A stretch of DNA of 64,000 nt. Origin: a bacterium. GTDB taxonomy: Bacteria > Elusimicrobiota > Elusimicrobia > UBA1565 > UBA9628. The notes beneath the pieces are model-generated. The model had not been told where the DNA came from and did no database searches. It saw only the letters and a list, made by a program, of their open reading frames with translations. The stretch lies in the NCBI GenBank assembly GCA_021782205.1, contig JAJXVH010000007.1, positions 5,514 to 69,513 of the forward strand, given 5' to 3'. Shown piece after piece: positions 35,867 through 44,606 of this stretch. Each line of letters starts with the position of its first letter. Position 1 is the first letter of the stretch. Both the position numbers and the translations under genes were made by a program.

Positions 35867-37614
35867 CGCCGCGACGTTCGTCGCGTTTTTGCCCGCAGTT
35901 TGAGCACTCCCTGCAGCGCCAACTCCTTGAGGAAGGCCAAGGAGCGGTCGCGCAGCCAGTGTTCGGGGACGCCGCGGCTGGCGGCTCGCTGGCGAATTTC
36001 CGAAAATGTTCGAACTCCGTCGATGCCCGAAATGAATTCCAGATGATGCGGGGAAACGATGCGCCGCGGGTTGAAGACATCCTCCAACGCATCGGTCGCC
36101 GGATGTTTCAAAAATCGGATTCTCCGGGCCGTGTGCATGACCCCTTTCCCGTAAAATGGCATGAGCGCCGGCTCCACTTGAATCGGAAAGAGAAAGCGCG
36201 GCACGAGCCGGTCCCCCGGGATGCCGCGTCCAGGGTTTGCCTCGACGTCGCCTTTGAGGACGTCTCTGTAGAAATCCTGGTCGCTTAGTAGCGTGTATTC
36301 CTCTTTGAGCAGGTCCTCATGGTGAAGTCGGTCATAGTATTGGCTCAACCCCGATGAGATCGTGATGAACGCGGTTCGATCCGAGAGGGATACGGGCAGG
36401 TGAGCGCGCTGGATATCTTTCGCCTTTCTCCACCACTTGGCCGTGTTGCGATCGTTGCCGTACCAAAAAACGGCCATGGCAAAAAAGCGCGCGGAGAACT
36501 CCCGGTTGAATTCGTTGTAGTCTCGCCACAAGAGCGCGCGTCCGCTTTCGGTCGGTTCAGTCCAGTGCGTCAGCAAAGTGTAGGCGGCGCGCTGCGCGCC
36601 GAGATGCGCCAAAAGAGCGCCCGAGGAGAGGATCGGATCGACAAACACGGCCGCGTCTCCCGCGGCCAGCCAGCCGGGGCCGGAAGCCGCGACGCTGAAG
36701 TACGACCAATCATTTTGAATAAAAAAATCTTGACCAGTTCCATCGAAGTCGCGAACCTGTTCGGCGTTCTTCAGTAAAGGCCATATTTCTTTGCATTTTC
36801 GAAGTTCGCGGAAATAGAGTTCGCGTATTCCTGCGCCGCCCTTGCGCGCGTGCTCCGCGTTCGTGACAAATCCGATCGAGATTAGATCCTGATCGATCGG
36901 TATATACCAGAACCAGCCGTGCGCGGTGCTGCAAATAAATATTTTTGTCTCGTATTTGTAGCCGGTGTAGCGGAACTTCCATTGCGCCTTCTTAAAGTAC
37001 GCAAAGCCAGCGACGTTTTTGAGTCCGGGGTGATGCTTGCGGATATCCCGATATTTGGAGAGAAAGCCGTTCTGTCCGCTGCAGTCGGCGACGAATTCGC
37101 TGCGAATCTCACGAATTCTGCCGTCGGCCCCGCGAAGCGAAATCCCCGCGATGCGCCGCCCTTCTTCCAGAATCGTGAGTGCTTGTGCTCCTCGTTCCAC
37201 CCGAACTCCGCATTTTTCCGCGTGGCGCAGAAGAATCTCATCGTAGCGGGAGCGGCGGACTTGGAAACTGGCGTTGACCACCGCCGCCCTCTCGGCCTCG
37301 CTATCCGCGAGCGCCTTTTTATTCGCGTCTTTAAATATGTTCTGCCAAGGTTTGCGATTCTTCCCCCAGACGAAGACCGCCCCGATTTTTCTCGGGAAGC
37401 CAGCACGAACCACGTCGTCGTAGACGCCCATCTCCTTGAGCACCGGGTTGATCCCGGGCTGCAGAGACTCGCCGACATGGTGCCGCGGCCCAGAACACTT
37501 TTCAATGACGACGACGTCGCGCTGAGGAGCGTATTTCTTCAGGAGCGTCGCCAGAGTCGTTCCCGCGGGCCCGCCTCCGACGATGATTATGTCCGCTCGA
37601 TCTGCGCGCGCCAT
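35863..37614 (-). CDS. flavin-dependent halogenase with C-terminal PqqD/RRE-like domain
   Basis: GGGPAG, HVGES, DCSG, WFWYIP (WxWxIP), GDAAVFVDPILSSG; start ATG 37614. Confidence 0.85.
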   Translation of the reverse strand: MARADRADIIIVGGGPAGTTLATLLKKYAPQRDVVVIEKCSGPRHHVGESLQPGINPVLKEMGVYDDVVRAGFPRKIGAVFVWGKNRKPWQNIFKDANKKALADSEAERAAVVNASFQVRRSRYDEILLRHAEKCGVRVERGAQALTILEEGRRIAGISLRGADGRIREIRSEFVADCSGQNGFLSKYRDIRKHHPGLKNVAGFAYFKKAQWKFRYTGYKYETKIFICSTAHGWFWYIPIDQDLISIGFVTNAEHARKGGAGIRELYFRELRKCKEIWPLLKNAEQVRDFDGTGQDFFIQNDWSYFSVAASGPGWLAAGDAAVFVDPILSSGALLAHLGAQRAAYTLLTHWTEPTESGRALLWRDYNEFNREFSARFFAMAVFWYGNDRNTAKWWRKAKDIQRAHLPVSLSDRTAFITISSGLSQYYDRLHHEDLLKEEYTLLSDQDFYRDVLKGDVEANPGRGIPGDRLVPRFLFPIQVEPALMPFYGKGVMHTARRIRFLKHPATDALEDVFNPRRIVSPHHLEFISGIDGVRTFSEIRQRAASRGVPEHWLRDRSLAFLKELALQGVLKLRAKTRRTSRR

Positions 37615-37654
37615 TTCCAGCCCCCCGCGTTCCATTCCCGGTCTCGACAGGGTC

Positions 37655-37663
37655 ATTATAGCA
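37655..37663 (-). promoter_or_regulatory. extended -10 element
   Basis: TGcTATAAT on the - strand about 40 nt upstream of the halogenase start; no clear -35. Confidence 0.45.
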
Positions 37664-37723
37664 CCCGGGGCGTGCTTGGCTGGAACGCGCTGTGGCCGAC
37701 TGCGCCGCGTCAGGGGGGAGTGC

Positions 37724-38515
37724 TCACCAAGGCGTGAGCTGCCGGTCTCGAAAAAAACAGCCTTGGGGTCCATTGTCGGGAGAAAGGGCGAGCCAGACGA
37801 CCGTGTCCGCGCCTTCCGCCGGGCTACGCCGGGCATTGGGGCCGCCCATGCGTGTTCTCATCCAGCCTGGACACACCGAATTGATCAGCACGTTCGTGCC
37901 GCGCAGTTCTCCCGCGAAAATGCGAGTCACGGCGTTCAGGGCGGCCTTTGATATCCGATAAGCGGGCCGACCTCCCGCCATGTCCGCGAGTCGGCCGTCG
38001 CCGCTGGAAACGTTGACCACCCGCCCATAGCCGCGCTCTCTCATCTTGGGGACCACCGCTTGGCAGACGCGTAAGGCCCCGAGCGTGTTTGTTTCAAACG
38101 TGCGGAGCAGGGTCTCCGTTTTGGCCGCGAAAATCGAATTGGGACCGATGCCCTCGTCCGTCGGCGACGCGTCAAGGAAGACGCCGGCATTGTTGATGAG
38201 AATGTCGATATGGCCGAAGCGACGTATCGCGAAGTTCGTCGCGGCCGTGATGCTGACAGGCCGCCGCACGTCCAAACGGCAGGGAAACACCTTCACGCGG
38301 TCTTCCGTCCAGAGGCGATGCGCCGCCTCCTCTCCATCGGCCCGGTTTCGGCTGCCTAACACCACCGTCACGCCATTCTTCGCGAGCAGACGACAAACCT
38401 CTAATCCTAGGCCGCGATTGCCGCCGGTGACGAGCGCCGTCTTCGAGTGAAATTCGGGGCGTTCCGTAGGATATTTGATGCGGTAGATTGTAGCACGCTG
38501 ATAAGATACAATCAA
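37724..38515 (-). CDS. short-chain dehydrogenase/reductase (carbonyl reductase-like)
   Basis: TGGNRGLG, NNAG, VSS, YRISK, CPGWMRT; start uncertain (TTG 38515, ATG 38557 or ATC 38479). Confidence 0.85.
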   Translation of the reverse strand: MIVSYQRATIYRIKYPTERPEFHSKTALVTGGNRGLGLEVCRLLAKNGVTVVLGSRNRADGEEAAHRLWTEDRVKVFPCRLDVRRPVSITAATNFAIRRFGHIDILINNAGVFLDASPTDEGIGPNSIFAAKTETLLRTFETNTLGALRVCQAVVPKMRERGYGRVVNVSSGDGRLADMAGGRPAYRISKAALNAVTRIFAGELRGTNVLINSVCPGWMRTRMGGPNARRSPAEGADTVVWLALSPDNGPQGCFFRDRQLTPW

Positions 38516-38518
38516 AAA

Positions 38519-40549
38519 ATGCGGGGCGTAACGCGACCTCTTGATGGTCTTGCGCATCGCGAGCTCTTGGACGGCCTGAGCCGACGCCTGGACGTGCCTT
38601 TCTGTCCGGAGTATGAGTTGTTCTATTTCTCCGCGGCGAATTTTTCGCCGCTGCGGGAGGCTGTTCAGGCCGCGGCCGGAGCGAGAAAGTCTCGGGACAT
38701 CGCCCGACGCGGGCGCCTGCGGCGCTTGTTGGGCGATGTCGCGGGAGCCCGTGCCGACTTGGAATCGGCGGCGAAAACCGGCAGCGGTGAGGCGCTCCTT
38801 TGGCTCGGAGAGCTTGAGCTGGAAAGACCGAGAGCCGAAGATCTCTTGCAGGAGGCGGCGGAGCGCCTGCCGAAAGATCCGACGCCGTGGCTTTACCTGG
38901 GGGCATCGCGCCTGGTGAGGCGTCGCGCGCGGGCGGCGGACGCCCTGGAGAGGTTTGTTCTCAGGCGTCCCAATTCCACGCTGGGCCACATTCTTTGCGG
39001 GCTCGCGCGCCAACGAGAGGGACGGGTCGTGCAGGCGCTCCAGAGCTATGCGCGCGCCGCGCAGATCGACCCGAGCTGCTCCGCCGCTTGCCTTTTAAGC
39101 GCGCGCGCGCTGGGCGATGGCGACGCCGCGGTGAAGGCCTGCGAAGCCGCCTTTGACGCGGATCCTGAATACGCCCACCTTGCGATGTGCTTCCATTCCG
39201 AATCGCGCGGCTGGGCGGAGTCGCTGCGGCGGATTGTGCGTTTTGCTTTTGGCCCGCGGCGCTTCCTCCCCGTCTCGGCCCGATTTTTGGAGCTCGACCG
39301 CAGGATCCTTCCCGGACATTTTGAAGGCGCTCAAATGGCGGAAGATTTTTTGCGTCTCCACCCGGACCGGAGTTGGTCTTTGGGGCTTTTGGGCCGAGCT
39401 TACGCCCGCATGCCGCCTTCCAAGGTTTATAAGTCCCGTGCATTGAAAGCGTTTGATCGTGCCGTAGCGCTTTCCCCGAAACAGGGCTGGCCGCGGGGGT
39501 GGCGGGGCGTCGCGCGAATCGGTTCCGGGCTCCAGGCTCAGGCGTTGGTGGACATGAACAAATGTCTGAAGCTTCGGCCTTATTATTTTTGGGCGTATGA
39601 ATGGCGGGGGGGGCTTTTGTTGTCTCAGGGCCGTCTGCGGGAAGCCGAGACGGACTTAGACCGCGCCGTGGCCATGAATCCGGGGTATCCTTTCGCCTTG
39701 AACCGCAGATCTCTTGTTCGTCGCCGACTTGGAGACTACACGGGGGCCGTCTCCGATCTGGACGAAGCTTTTCGTCTCGACCCACGCTACTGTTGGGTGT
39801 TCTCGACCGGCCGCGCGTCGGGTGCCGCCGAATGCGACAGAGGCATCGCGGAACTAACGGTCGCCCTGCGGCGGTGTGGGTCCGTGGCGTCCCTGTGGGT
39901 CTGGCGCGGTCAGGCACGACTCATGATCCGCGATATGGCCGCCGCGCTCCGCGACTTCGAACGCGCTGTCTCGTTGGATCCCGGCCACGCGCTCAGCCGC
40001 GCCTGGTACGGCAAAGCGTTGTCAGAAATCGGTCGTCACGCCGAGGCGCGGCTTCAACTTTCTCGCGCGGTCGAGTTATCCGGCGCGCATTGGGTTTATC
40101 GTCTGTGGCTGGCGTCGGCGCTGCGCTCAAGCGCGGACGCTCCGGGCGCTCGGCGCCAGCTGCGCGAGCTTTTGCGGGTTCGTCCGCGGTGCTCTCCGGC
40201 GTGGCTGGAACTGTCTCGCTGCGAGTTTGAATCGGGCCGCGCGCGTAAGGCGCTCGGTTTCGCGCGTAAGGCGGCCGCGCTGGATGGCCGTAACGCCGAC
40301 AATAGACTTCTTGTGGCTCAGGCTTTGCTCGCGCTGGGTCGCGCGCGCGCGGCTCAGCGCGAGGCCGACGTCGTTTTGGCTATTTCTCCCCACCAAGGCC
40401 GCGCCTGGCTGACCCGCGCGCAGGCGCGCGCGATTCTCGGGCAGTCGGACGCGGCGCGGGCTGATTATCGCCACGCGCTGGCCGCGTTCCCTTTTCTTTT
40501 CAACGACGATCAGCGCCGACAAGTCACCGCTCTCGTGGGATCGGCATGA
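38519..40549 (+). CDS. tetratricopeptide repeat protein (paralog 1 of 3)
   Basis: TPR units; LSRRLxxPxxPEY N-terminal motif, PFLFNDDQ C-terminal motif. Confidence 0.85.
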   Translation: MRGVTRPLDGLAHRELLDGLSRRLDVPFCPEYELFYFSAANFSPLREAVQAAAGARKSRDIARRGRLRRLLGDVAGARADLESAAKTGSGEALLWLGELELERPRAEDLLQEAAERLPKDPTPWLYLGASRLVRRRARAADALERFVLRRPNSTLGHILCGLARQREGRVVQALQSYARAAQIDPSCSAACLLSARALGDGDAAVKACEAAFDADPEYAHLAMCFHSESRGWAESLRRIVRFAFGPRRFLPVSARFLELDRRILPGHFEGAQMAEDFLRLHPDRSWSLGLLGRAYARMPPSKVYKSRALKAFDRAVALSPKQGWPRGWRGVARIGSGLQAQALVDMNKCLKLRPYYFWAYEWRGGLLLSQGRLREAETDLDRAVAMNPGYPFALNRRSLVRRRLGDYTGAVSDLDEAFRLDPRYCWVFSTGRASGAAECDRGIAELTVALRRCGSVASLWVWRGQARLMIRDMAAALRDFERAVSLDPGHALSRAWYGKALSEIGRHAEARLQLSRAVELSGAHWVYRLWLASALRSSADAPGARRQLRELLRVRPRCSPAWLELSRCEFESGRARKALGFARKAAALDGRNADNRLLVAQALLALGRARAAQREADVVLAISPHQGRAWLTRAQARAILGQSDAARADYRHALAAFPFLFNDDQRRQVTALVGSA

Positions 40550-42576
40550 ACCGGGCGTGGAACGCGATAAGACGCGTCTCGCGCGGCGGGCTGGTTGAAA
40601 ATATCGCCGTCCGACTGAAGCTGCCGTATATGGTCGAATTTGATCTGGCTTATTTTCGCGCGCTGAGATGGACGGAGATTTCCGCCGCCTATTGCGAGGT
40701 CGCCGCCGAAGCCGAACGGGGAAATCCAAGCGCACTGGCGCGTCGCGGCCGACTGCGGCGCTTGTTGGGCGACTGCGCCGGAGCGCGCGTCGATCTTCAA
40801 AGATCGCTGGCGGCCAGACCCCGGCAGCCGATAGCGATGGCTTGGTTGGCCGAGCTCGATCTGGATACGAGTCAGGCGGAGAAAGCTCTTCTCGCGGCGG
40901 CGGCAGCCCTTCCCGCGGACACCGACGTCGCCGTTTGGCTTGGAGTCTCCCGTTTGTGCCGCGGCCGCACCGAAGACGCCGCCCGCGGCCTGTCTGCCGT
41001 TGCTCCCGCGAGGCGTTCGGCCCTTTGCTGGCTTCTTCTCGGTCTGGCGAAGGAAAGAACGGGAAGCAAAGACGAAGCACGAAAGGCCTACGCTCGCGCC
41101 GCGTTGCTGGAACCGTCTTGCTCGGCAGCGCCGTGGCTGGTCAGCAGGCTCTCTCGCGGCTCCACGGCGCTTGAGGCCGTGCATGGAGTTCTCGACGCCC
41201 AGCCGGGCTACGCTTTCCTGGCGCAATTCATGGCCCACGAAGAAGGCTCCTGGCCCAGGGCCGTCGTGCGCCTGCGGCGCTTCGCGTTCGCCTCTCCCGA
41301 CAAAGCTTGCTGGTATGATCGTCAAGACGACCTGCTCTATTCGCCGTTTCACGAGGATGAATACCGCGATGCTTTGGGATTGCGGCGTCTTTTCCCGCGC
41401 GCAACCTGGGCGACCGCGATGTTGGGACGCGCCGCGTTGCGTTGCCCTCCCGGCTCTCCTCACCGAGAGGAGGGCGTGAAGCTGCTGTTTGAGGCGGCTC
41501 GGCGAGACTCGAAGCACGGCTGGATTCGGGCTTGGCGCGGATTGGCGAAGCTTGCGCGGGGGGACGAAGGCGGCGCTCTGGCTGATTTCACCCAAGGACT
41601 GAAACTTCAGCCTTGGTATCACCGTGCCTGGGCCTGGCGGGGCGCCGTGTTGGGTCGGATGGGGTGCCTCAAAGAGGCCGAGCGCGATTTAAGCGCCTCG
41701 ATTGCGATCGACGAAGGCTATGTCTTCGCCTATCACCAGCGTTCCTTGGTACGGCGGGCGCGTCGCGACTGGCTGGGGGCGGCGGCGGACCTGGAGCGCG
41801 CGTTTGAAGCCGACGCCCGCTACGATTGGACCTTTACCTCCGGCCGCGGACCGCGACGGGAGGAGGTGTCGGCGGCGCGGCGTCAACTGGATGCGGCGGT
41901 GCGCGCCTATCCCGACCATCCGGGTTTGCGCGCGTGGCTCGGCCAACTGCGCTTGCGCGCGGGCGATGTCGCCGGCGCGCTACCTGATCTTGAAAGTGCG
42001 GCTGCGAGCGATCCCTCTCACGCCCTCTCGCAGGCTTTTCTCGGCCGCGCCTGCCTGGCTGCGGGCAGGCCTGCGCGCGCGGTGACCTCTTTAAAGCGCG
42101 CGTCGGAGCTGCGGGCGGGCGTTGAAACCTACGGGTTATGGCTGGCTGAAGCTCATTTCGCCGCCGGAGACCGAGTGCAGGCTTTCGACCGACTCGCGCT
42201 GATTCCGCCCGGGCGGCGCGGGTTCCAGGCATCGGCGCTGCGCGCGCGCCTGCGCTTGGACTGCGGCGACGCATCCGGGGCTTTGCGCGACGCCGACGCT
42301 TGTCTGCGCGCGCGCGGTCGTAGCGCCGACGCCTATTATCTGCGCGCGCGCGCCTTGGCTGGCCTCCGGCGCTGGGGCGAGGCGCTGGAGGCCTGCGACG
42401 CGGCGCTCTATGCGTCTGCCATCCACGGACAAGCGAGGCTGGCGCGGGCGGAAGCCTTGCGCCACCTCGATCGGGATGAAGAGGCGCTGAATGAATATCG
42501 CGAAATTGAACGCAGTCATCCCTATCTTTTGAACGAGGAGCAACACGCGCGATGGAAAGCCCTGATCGGTTTGTGA
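40546..42576 (+). CDS. tetratricopeptide repeat protein (paralog 2 of 3)
   Basis: TPR units; PYLLNEEQ C-terminal motif. Confidence 0.85.
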   Translation: MNRAWNAIRRVSRGGLVENIAVRLKLPYMVEFDLAYFRALRWTEISAAYCEVAAEAERGNPSALARRGRLRRLLGDCAGARVDLQRSLAARPRQPIAMAWLAELDLDTSQAEKALLAAAAALPADTDVAVWLGVSRLCRGRTEDAARGLSAVAPARRSALCWLLLGLAKERTGSKDEARKAYARAALLEPSCSAAPWLVSRLSRGSTALEAVHGVLDAQPGYAFLAQFMAHEEGSWPRAVVRLRRFAFASPDKACWYDRQDDLLYSPFHEDEYRDALGLRRLFPRATWATAMLGRAALRCPPGSPHREEGVKLLFEAARRDSKHGWIRAWRGLAKLARGDEGGALADFTQGLKLQPWYHRAWAWRGAVLGRMGCLKEAERDLSASIAIDEGYVFAYHQRSLVRRARRDWLGAAADLERAFEADARYDWTFTSGRGPRREEVSAARRQLDAAVRAYPDHPGLRAWLGQLRLRAGDVAGALPDLESAAASDPSHALSQAFLGRACLAAGRPARAVTSLKRASELRAGVETYGLWLAEAHFAAGDRVQAFDRLALIPPGRRGFQASALRARLRLDCGDASGALRDADACLRARGRSADAYYLRARALAGLRRWGEALEACDAALYASAIHGQARLARAEALRHLDRDEEALNEYREIERSHPYLLNEEQHARWKALIGL

Positions 42577-44606
42577 CCGCGGCCTGGCGTCTGCTGGAGT
42601 CGTTGGATCATGAAGAGCATCTTGAGGATCTCAGTCGACGTCTGCGGCTGCCCCCGGCACCGGAATACGATTTGGAGATATTCAAATCTCTCAATCTTCA
42701 GGAATTGGAAGCGGCACGCCAGCCTTTGGAGTCCGCGCGGGAGTCAACGCTTGGGGCCAAGGGCCTGACCGTCCGGGGGCGGTTGCGCCGCATTTTTGGC
42801 GACGTCGTCGGGGCGTCCGCCGACCTCCGTCTCGCCCTTGACCTCGATGAGAACTTCGCTCCGGCGCGCGCCTATCTGGGCGAAATGGCTCTGGGCGGCG
42901 AGGAAGCCGAGGCGGCCCTGCGCGGTGTCTCGGCGCCGGTCGCGGCACTCTATCGGGGAGTACATTTTTTGATGCGCTCGCAGCCGGACCGGGCATTGAT
43001 CGAGCTGGCGTGGCATCGTCGCGCGCGTCCCCGCTCCGCGCTTTCGTACATGCTGACCGGGCTGGCACTTGAACGCTGCGGGCGAAGAGCGCAAGCCGAA
43101 GCCGCCTTCGCTCGCTCCGCTCGGCTGAAGCCGGTCTCCTCGGTCGCGCATCTGCTCCGGGCACGCTTGGCGCGTTCGGCGGGTGTTCGTGCCGCGCACT
43201 TGAGCAAGGCTTACGATGTCAGCCCCGTTCTCGGGTTCGTGACGCTTCAACTCCATCGCGAAACGAACCTGGACCGCGCCGCCTATGTGAATCGGATGAT
43301 CGATTTCGCCTTTACCAAGCCGGACACCTTGGCCGCTTATTATCGGCGTGAAGCCACGCAAACGCACTTCTCCCATTTCCCGGCGGAGGATTACGCTTAC
43401 GTCTTCGAATTAATGCGGCGCAACGGTGAAAAGGCCTGGGTTCACGCGTTTTACGGTCGAGCCGCGTGTTATGTGCCGGAAGGCGCCGCGGAAGGCATCC
43501 GGCATCTGACCCGGGCCATTAAACTCGCGCCGCACAGCGGCTGGATTCGTTCCTGGCGGGCCAACGCGAAGCGCCTGGCGGGCGATCTGGACGGTGCCGC
43601 GTGCGATTTCGATTCGGCCGTCGCACTGCAGCCTTTTTATCACCGCGCCTACGTCTGGCGCGGTTCCTTGCGGCGAAAATTGGGCCGCTGGGGCGATGCG
43701 CTGCTGGACCTCAATCGGGGATTGGTTCTGGACCCCCACTACAGCCTGACCTACCATGAACGCTCCTTGGTTCGGCGGCGTCTGGGCGACCACGCGGGTG
43801 CGTTGTCCGATTTGGATCAAGCCTTTCTTCTTGATCCTCGCTACAGCTGGGTCTTCAAAGTCGGCGGTACGCCGCCGATGGAAGACCTCCGCGCCGGCAT
43901 TCGTGAACTGGAAATCGCGGAACGCAAGCACCCGCACGTCGTCTCGCTGCTCATGTGGCGCGGCCACGCGCGGCTTCAAGCCAGCGACGCCTCGGGAGCG
44001 CTCGTGGATTTGTTGGCCGGAGCCCGGATGGATCCCCATCATGGATTGAACCTGGGCTGGCTCGGCTACGCGCTCCTGGAAAGCGGCGACCCCGATCGCG
44101 CGCGAGATCCTCTGCGTAAGGCCATTGAAAAGGAGCCTAATCTTCGCATTGCTCGCGCCTGGTTGGCTCGCGCCGAGTTCCTATGCGGCCGTCGTGCAGC
44201 GGCGCGGCGGCTTCTCGTCGACGTGCTGCGTGAAAAGCCGCTGACGCCGTGGGCGCGCTATTGGCTGGCCCAGTTCGATCGGGAAGAGGGACGACTTGCG
44301 TCTGCGGAGCGCGAGCTTGGGCGCGCGCTGCTGATCGACGGGAAATCTCCGGAGGCCTACCTTTTGCTCGCGCAGACCCGGTTGGAACGCGGGCACGCGA
44401 AGGGCGCCCTGGCCGCGGCCGAGCAGTGTCTCTCCTTTGCCCCGAATGTTGGGCGCGCGCTCGTGGCCAAAGCCGCGGCACTGGTTAGTTTGGGCCGCGC
44501 GCAGGAAGCGGTCGCGGCTTACCGCGACGTCCTGAAATCGTTTCCGTATCTCCTCAACAACGAGCAGCGGCTTCAGGTGGAGAAATTGCTTGACGCTTCG
44601 GCCTGA
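42552..44606 (+). CDS. tetratricopeptide repeat protein (paralog 3 of 3)
   Basis: TPR units; PYLLNNEQ C-terminal motif; start may be GTG 42573. Confidence 0.85.
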   Translation: MESPDRFVTAAWRLLESLDHEEHLEDLSRRLRLPPAPEYDLEIFKSLNLQELEAARQPLESARESTLGAKGLTVRGRLRRIFGDVVGASADLRLALDLDENFAPARAYLGEMALGGEEAEAALRGVSAPVAALYRGVHFLMRSQPDRALIELAWHRRARPRSALSYMLTGLALERCGRRAQAEAAFARSARLKPVSSVAHLLRARLARSAGVRAAHLSKAYDVSPVLGFVTLQLHRETNLDRAAYVNRMIDFAFTKPDTLAAYYRREATQTHFSHFPAEDYAYVFELMRRNGEKAWVHAFYGRAACYVPEGAAEGIRHLTRAIKLAPHSGWIRSWRANAKRLAGDLDGAACDFDSAVALQPFYHRAYVWRGSLRRKLGRWGDALLDLNRGLVLDPHYSLTYHERSLVRRRLGDHAGALSDLDQAFLLDPRYSWVFKVGGTPPMEDLRAGIRELEIAERKHPHVVSLLMWRGHARLQASDASGALVDLLAGARMDPHHGLNLGWLGYALLESGDPDRARDPLRKAIEKEPNLRIARAWLARAEFLCGRRAAARRLLVDVLREKPLTPWARYWLAQFDREEGRLASAERELGRALLIDGKSPEAYLLLAQTRLERGHAKGALAAAEQCLSFAPNVGRALVAKAAALVSLGRAQEAVAAYRDVLKSFPYLLNNEQRLQVEKLLDASA

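Noticed and set aside
38558-39013. Long N-terminal extension of the SDR ORF
   Set aside because: Antisense to the TPR gene starting at 38519; SDR motifs begin near 38440
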